DNA of 42,837 bases from Dehalococcoidia bacterium. GTDB lineage: Bacteria > Chloroflexota > Dehalococcoidia > SZUA-161 > SpSt-899. Positions 37,594 to 42,837 of this stretch are shown in pieces (the first letter of the stretch is position 1; each line of letters begins with the position of its first letter). The notes below the pieces were generated by a model. That model had not been told where the DNA came from. It saw nothing but the letters and a program-made list of their open reading frames with translations, and did no database searches. The DNA lies in assembly GCA_023271515.1 (NCBI GenBank), contig JALPXQ010000002.1:1-42837 (forward strand), given 5' to 3'. Position numbers and translations under genes: made by a program.

Positions 37594-38049
37594 CTACTCG
37601 GCGGTCTTTTCCTCTTCGATCGTGACCCCTATCCTGGCAACCACGCCTTTGCCCAGCTCGATCTCAACCTCGTGGGTACCGAGTTTGCGCAAGGGCTCCT
37701 CGAGTCTTATCAGATGCTTATCAACCTTAAAGCCCCGGCGGTGCAATTCCTGGGCGATGGCGGTGTTTGAGACTGAGCCATAGATATTTCCCCTGGACCC
37801 CACTCTTTTGGCAAAGACGAGCGAGACACCCTGGAGGGAGTCACCGAGGGCGACTGCCTCTTGCACTTGCTGATCGCGTCGCCGGGCTTCAGCCTGACTT
37901 CTCGCCTCAACACGCTTGATTTCAGCGGCAGTAGCAAGTACCGCCAGGCCCCTGGGGAAGAGATAATTTCTGGCGTGACCGTCAGCCACCTCTTTCACTT
38001 CGCCCGCTTGAGCTACCTCGGGCACATCTTGCAGGAAAACTACTTTCAT
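37594..38049 (-). CDS. rplI: 50S ribosomal protein L9
   Basis: MKVVFLQDV..V.DGHARNYLFP.GLA, YGSV and PLRKLG. Confidence 0.96.
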   Translation of the reverse strand: MKVVFLQDVPEVAQAGEVKEVADGHARNYLFPRGLAVLATAAEIKRVEARSQAEARRRDQQVQEAVALGDSLQGVSLVFAKRVGSRGNIYGSVSNTAIAQELHRRGFKVDKHLIRLEEPLRKLGTHEVEIELGKGVVARIGVTIEEEKTAE

Positions 38050-38067
38050 GATATTCTCCTCACCGTC

Positions 38068-38607
38068 TCAATATCGGTCATAGCTTACGATCTCCGTTAG
38101 CTCTTTGCGGCGCGGGGCCGTTGGTTCCTCGGCCGGGTAACCCAGAGGAAGGAGCAGCACCACCCGGGCATTTGAAGGAAGCTCTAGAAGATCTGCCACC
38201 TTTGAAGCATCGAAAGATCCGATGGCCACCGTTCCCAGCCCCAGAGAGTAGGCGGCCAACATCATGTTCTGCGCCGCAAGCGCGGTATCGAACATGTACC
38301 AGTCTCCCTTATCGGTCATCGCTACACCCTTCTTGTAGCCCGCTCTCTCCAACTCACCGCAGATCGCGATGATCACCGGAGCATTCTTCAGGGCATCAGT
38401 GCCCGGATTCCCGGGAGAGATGGTCTCCGCGACCTTGCCCCTCATCAGGGGGTCTTGCACCACCACAAATTTCCAGCACTGGGTATTGGCCCACGATGGC
38501 GCCCAACGACCCGCCTCCAGTACGGTTTCGAGGAGATCATTGCTCACCGGCTCCGATCTGAGCTTGCGAACACTCCTCCGGTTCTTTACAGCTTGCATCA
38601 GGTCCAT
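38068..38607 (-). CDS. Nitroreductase family protein
   Basis: RRSVRK, APSWANTQCW.F, QNMMLAA..LGLGT and LGYP. RBS AGGAGG. Confidence 0.92.
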   Translation of the reverse strand: MDLMQAVKNRRSVRKLRSEPVSNDLLETVLEAGRWAPSWANTQCWKFVVVQDPLMRGKVAETISPGNPGTDALKNAPVIIAICGELERAGYKKGVAMTDKGDWYMFDTALAAQNMMLAAYSLGLGTVAIGSFDASKVADLLELPSNARVVLLLPLGYPAEEPTAPRRKELTEIVSYDRY

Positions 38608-38617
38608 GTCTACCTCC

Positions 38618-39676
38618 TTAAATGTTAAACAAGATGGTAACCACATCACCATCCTGTACCAGATAGTTCTTGCCTTCGAGCCGGATCAGCCCTTTACGGC
38701 GAGCCTCAGCGAGGCTGCCGCATTTCGTCAGATCGTCGTGTGCGATAACCTCTGCCCGGATGAAGCCTCGTTCCATGTCCGAATGTATCCTGCCCGCCGC
38801 CTTCTGAATGGTGGTTCCCCTCGAAACCGTCCATGCCTTTACCTCACCGGAGGCGATAGAGAAAAAGGTAACCAGCTCCAGAAGTCCGTAGGAGAGCCTT
38901 ATGGCCCGGTCCAGCCCGCTCTGGGTCAGCCCCATAGAGGAGCGAAACTCCATCGCTTCATCATCATTCAGTTGGCCAAGCTCCATCTCCAGCCGGCCGC
39001 AAAGCACCGCGACCTCGGAGTGAGGCCGCTGGAACATGGAGCGGAATCGCCGCTCCAGGGATGATCCCTCCTCCCGTTGATCCTCCCCGATATTGAAAAG
39101 CAACAACAATGGTTTGGCACTCAGAAACTGAAAGCCATGAATTGCTTTACATTCTTGCTCGCTCAGTTCCTGCTCCCGGAGGGGCAGGCCATCCTCCAGA
39201 GCTGACTTGATCTTATCCAGCAGGGATTGCTCCCTGAGGGCAATCTCTCGTTCCGCCACTTTGGCCCCCTTCAAGGAAACTCGCAACCTCTCCAACCGCC
39301 TCTCAATGATCGATAGGTCGGAGAAGATCAACTCAAGATCGAGGATGCCCACATCTCGTTCAGGACCTACTCCGCCCTTGATATGCGGGATGCGCTCATC
39401 GCGGAAGACCCGAATGACATGGATGAGAGCATCTACCTGCCCAAATCCCCTGGGAGAATCACCGCCGTCAAGATACCTCACCTCCGCCGGAATGGTGCGC
39501 TCAGGCTTTAGCATCGCGGCAAGGTTGTCCAACCTCGGGTCAGGCACCTTCACCACCCCGACATTCGGGGTCGCCTTGCCGGTAGAATAGGCGGCGACCT
39601 CCGCCCTGCCCATGGTCAGCGCGTTGAAGACCGTCGTCTTACCGCTCTTGGGAAGCCCGAGGATGCCGAGTTCCAT
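38618..39676 (-). CDS. ychF: YchF (Obg-like ATPase) with shortened switch II
   Basis: GLPKSGKTT, VPDPRL, KP...FNIGE, and TGS-domain AAGRIHSDMERGFIRAEV and EGKNY.VQDGDV. Confidence 0.9.
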   Translation of the reverse strand: MELGILGLPKSGKTTVFNALTMGRAEVAAYSTGKATPNVGVVKVPDPRLDNLAAMLKPERTIPAEVRYLDGGDSPRGFGQVDALIHVIRVFRDERIPHIKGGVGPERDVGILDLELIFSDLSIIERRLERLRVSLKGAKVAEREIALREQSLLDKIKSALEDGLPLREQELSEQECKAIHGFQFLSAKPLLLLFNIGEDQREEGSSLERRFRSMFQRPHSEVAVLCGRLEMELGQLNDDEAMEFRSSMGLTQSGLDRAIRLSYGLLELVTFFSIASGEVKAWTVSRGTTIQKAAGRIHSDMERGFIRAEVIAHDDLTKCGSLAEARRKGLIRLEGKNYLVQDGDVVTILFNI

Positions 39677-39753
39677 TGTTCTATGGTATAATCAACTCAT
39701 CGATAGTCTATTATACCACGGTCGCCAGGGATTAGAAACTTCGGGGGACAACA

Positions 39754-40740
39754 TTGCTCTATATTCTTTACGGCGAGGACAACTTCTCAATCAGGGAGTC
39801 GCTGGCCAAAATCAAAGCCGACTGCGGCGGGGCGGAGTTGGGAGAGTCTAACCGCATCCTGCTTGAAGGAGACAAGGTGAGCCTCAATGAACTTGTCTCC
39901 ATCTGCAACACCATGTCCTTTTTGTCACCAAAGCGGATGGTGATAGTTGATGGTCTGCTGGCTCGATTCGAACCCAAAGGGAAGCGTCGCGGTGGAGATC
40001 AGCCCTCTCAATTGAAGGATTGGAGTGCGTTAGCCGGGCACGTGGTTAACATGCCCCAAACCACCGTCCTGGTGCTGGTTGACGGCAAGCTGAGCCGGGC
40101 CAATCCGCTGCTGAAGAAACTTTCCCCGCTTGCCAAGGTCAGGGAATACATACCCCCGAAGGGGACGGAGCTCCAGAACTGGATTCGCGCCCGCGTGGCC
40201 GGTAATAAATGTGAAATCTCGCCTCCGGCGCTTCGACTCCTCACCGATCTTATCGGGAGCAACCTGTGGATACTCTCCAACGAGATTGACAAGCTCTGTG
40301 TCCATGCGGGAGAGGGTCGTATAGAAGAGGCGGATATCAACTCGCTGGTAAGCTATGCCAGGGAATCGAATGTCTTTGAGATGGTCGACGCCATAGTGCA
40401 GCGCCGGCTGGGGGTGGCGTGCCGGCTGATCCACCAGCTCCTGGATGAGGGGTCTGCGCCCCCGTATCTGCTCTATATGATGACCCGTCAGTTCCGCTTG
40501 CTGGTTCAGGCCAGGAGATTGATGGCTCAGGGTTTGCCCTCCAGTGCCATCGGGGCAAAGATAGGCGAGACCAGGGATTGGATACTGGAGAAGGTATTGA
40601 GGCAAGCCAGGGGATATTCTCTTGAGCGACTGGAGGAGAGCTACCGCAGGCTGCTCCAGACCGACCTCTCGATCAAGACCGGGACGGTTGATGGGGCGGT
40701 GGCCCTCGATCTTCTCATCACCGACCTCTGTGGGCGCTAA
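39754..40740 (+). CDS. holA: DNA polymerase III delta subunit
   Basis: LYILYGED.F, L.NEIDKL, NVFEMVDA and L.TDLSIKTG. TTG start. Confidence 0.9.
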   Translation: MLYILYGEDNFSIRESLAKIKADCGGAELGESNRILLEGDKVSLNELVSICNTMSFLSPKRMVIVDGLLARFEPKGKRRGGDQPSQLKDWSALAGHVVNMPQTTVLVLVDGKLSRANPLLKKLSPLAKVREYIPPKGTELQNWIRARVAGNKCEISPPALRLLTDLIGSNLWILSNEIDKLCVHAGEGRIEEADINSLVSYARESNVFEMVDAIVQRRLGVACRLIHQLLDEGSAPPYLLYMMTRQFRLLVQARRLMAQGLPSSAIGAKIGETRDWILEKVLRQARGYSLERLEESYRRLLQTDLSIKTGTVDGAVALDLLITDLCGR

Positions 40741-40878
40741 GGCCTGCTCCTGCGGAAGCAGCGGCTACATCCGCTTGACAGGAAGCCCTCTTTTGGCTAT
40801 CTTTAGCATCTGTTAGCTCAAACAAAGCAACTCGATCACATACGCACACTTCAGACTCATAGATAAGGGAGGTTAACC

Positions 40879-41166
40879 ATGGTTGCCAAGATTCTCATTG
40901 AGCGAAAGATCAAGCCCGACTCTCTGGGCGATATCCTTGACCTATACATGCATCTAAGGTCTCTGGCTATGCGGCAGCAAGGTTACCTCTCAGGAGAGAC
41001 GCTCGTTTCGGCTGATTGCGATGATGAACATCTTGTTATCAGTACCTGGCATAGCCTGAGTGACTGGCAGGCATGGGAGAACAACCCCGAGCGACTCGGA
41101 ATCGCACAACAGATCGAAAGTCTCCTGGATGAGCCGTCTACGGTCAGGGCCTTCACGACCCTCTGA
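40879..41166 (+). CDS. Antibiotic biosynthesis monooxygenase (ABM) family protein
   Basis: LRSLAMRQQGYLSGETL...LVISTW.S..DW.AW...PER. RBS GGAGG. Confidence 0.85.
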   Translation: MVAKILIERKIKPDSLGDILDLYMHLRSLAMRQQGYLSGETLVSADCDDEHLVISTWHSLSDWQAWENNPERLGIAQQIESLLDEPSTVRAFTTL

Positions 41167-41240
41167 AGTTGAGCCGGCCACCAGCAAACAGGATGATCAA
41201 AGTGCGCTTGCGACTGCCGGCTAACGACTGTGGACTAACT

Positions 41241-41582
41241 ATGAGGGTCAGGTAGACCTTGAACTGGAAATAGGGCAAATAGCTGGAATACTGGAAGGGC
41301 ATAGCCCGGGTGAGTTAGAAACCCTTGAGATTCTGTTGAACCGAGAGTTAACAGATGAACTCAAGAAGAGGCATCAGGAAGCCAGGATAGAATTTGAGCA
41401 GGGGAAAACTTAAAACTTACAACTCACGCAATCGCCCTGAAGAGAAAACGGAATTATGGAGGTGAAAAAAGATCTACAGAGGCATCATCCAAGCGGCTTT
41501 GGCTTTTGCAATGGAGGCGCTACGTGCTGATGTGGTCTATCCTCTATCGGAGATGGCTCAATGAAGTTTCCAGCCACTATAG
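41241..41582 (+). pseudogene. Remnants of small antitoxin/toxin-like genes
   Basis: Frameshifted ORF ...LETLEILLNRELTDELKKR..EARIEFEQGKT*. Fragment IQAALAFAMEAL resembles a DUF433 C-terminus and overlaps an ATG AAG TTT (MKF) start. Confidence 0.35.
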
Positions 41583-41635
41583 AGAGAATCTGTGTCTGCT
41601 TGCCGCGCCATTCGAGCATGAAGTGAACCAACCAT

Positions 41636-42013
41636 CTAAAACTCAGTAAACTCGGTAGGATAATGAGAAAGATCCAATTTCTCTTGCTCTGGTATCAATC
41701 GTATCCCCCATTGTTGCATTGCCAAGGCCCCAAAGAGAACTTCGATAGCTTTCTCTTCCTCATCATTTCCAATGCGATCAATAACCATAGCTTCCGTATG
41801 AAAAGGCTTCCCATCGATTTCGCCGACTAATACAGCAGCCTGCGAAGACACCTTCGTCTCGCCCCCTAATTTGGTATATGTTGGACGAGGAAGGCTTGTT
41901 ATAGTAAGTTGTGCTGCAACATCAGGAATAATGTAGGTATTTCGGGCTCCTGTGTCAAAAAGTGTCCATACATTCCGTCCATGTATATTTATCGTTTGTC
42001 GAATCCTGCCCAT
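41636..42013 (-). CDS. Retropepsin-like (clan AA) single-domain aspartyl protease
   Basis: LFDTGA catalytic motif and VLFG..MQQWGI.L. RBS GGAGGTG 6 nt before ATG42013. Confidence 0.85.
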   Translation of the reverse strand: MGRIRQTINIHGRNVWTLFDTGARNTYIIPDVAAQLTITSLPRPTYTKLGGETKVSSQAAVLVGEIDGKPFHTEAMVIDRIGNDEEEKAIEVLFGALAMQQWGIRLIPEQEKLDLSHYPTEFTEF

Positions 42014-42072
42014 GATCATCACCTCCATTTTGTAATGTCGCTTAAATATTTCATTCAAGTGCCTAACTTAAT

Positions 42073-42100
42073 ATTATAAAGAATCCCTCTCGTCTGTCAA
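42073..42100 (-). promoter_or_regulatory. Consensus sigma70 promoter for the protease gene
   Basis: TTGACA(42100-42095)-N16-TATAAT(42078-42073). Confidence 0.65.
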
Positions 42101-42229
42101 ACACATGTTGCTGCCTTCGTATTCCAATCGCAGCGGTCTTGCCACGACATTACCAGTCTATCACAAAGAACACCAATAATGGGTCGGAGGTATTGAGGAT
42201 AAGCTACCCCTGACTAGATCAGGGGCCAA

Positions 42230-42837
42230 GCTCGTCACATATATCGGCGATACTTGGAGAAAGGGGATGAGGGGTTGATCCATCGCAGTCGAGGCCAGCC
42301 ATCGAATCGAGGGAAAGCGGCTGAAGTGAAAGAGGCGGTGCTGTCGGTTTACCAGCAACGATATTGGGATTTTGGGCCCACGCCGGCAGCGGAGAAAGCT
42401 GAGCGGGAGGGTTATCAGGTTGGGTGTGAGACGTTGAGGCGGTGGCTTAAGGATGCCTGGGCTATGGGAAAGGCATAGGAAGCGGTCCAAGCACCGCAAT
42501 CGGCGGGAGCAAAAGGCCCACTTTGGGGAGTTGGTCCAGATGGATGGCAGCCATCACCAGTGGTTCAGTGGGCGTAAGGGCAAATCATGCCTGATGGACA
42601 TGGTAGATGATGCGACCGGAAGAACACTGGCCTTAATGAGGAGGGAAGAGACCACCAAAGCAGCTATGGAGGTATTATGGGCCTGGATTGAGAAGTATGG
42701 TCTTCCCCGGTCGTTATATGTGGATCGCAAGACAGTTTACATCACTGGCAGGGAACCCACTTTAGAAGAGCAACTGGCTGGGGAGAAACCATTGACCCAG
42801 TTTGGCAGAGCCTGCCGAAAGCTGGGCATTGAGATCG
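42230..42837 (+). mobile_element. ISNCY (IS1202-like) transposase pseudogene, runs off the window end
   Basis: GLIHRSRG.PSNR, Y.DFGPT.AAEK and ETLRRWL; frameshift near 42460; then FGELVQMDGSHH.WF, VDDATG, YGLPRSLYVDRK and TQFGRAC..LGIEI. Confidence 0.88.

Overview
Bacterial chromosome segment, most likely Chloroflexota/Dehalococcoidia-like (inferred from the rplI-dnaB-dnaD-tandem dnaC block, archaeal-type RtcB/archease, FBP aldolase/phosphatase and a T-box leader). Housekeeping genes include nudF, an ArgA-like GNAT, nadK, purF, purM, fbp, rdgB, moaA, panC, surE, holA, ychF, tRNA-Ala(CGC) and tRNA-Ser(GCT). They are interleaved with an accessory minus-strand block (ABC exporter, BAAT-like hydrolase, winged-HTH/membrane pair, GNAT-M50 protease fusion), a selenium cluster ending in a selenocysteine-containing selD, and two degraded DDE insertion sequences. 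The main oddities are: (1) an in-frame RNase HI-MoaC fusion in the moaA operon; (2) a Trp T-box operon collapsed by deletions into a trpE/trpC/trpA chimera, leaving only trpB2 intact; (3) several 'Swiss-cheese' pseudogenes whose deletions are often in frame; (4) a family of about 162-bp MITE-like elements with IS66-type ends, 8-bp target duplications and heptamer repeats; (5) a Mut7-C RNase divergently paired with archease-rtcB; (6) a GNAT-site-2-protease fusion. All calls come from motif recognition by eye; no database searches were run.
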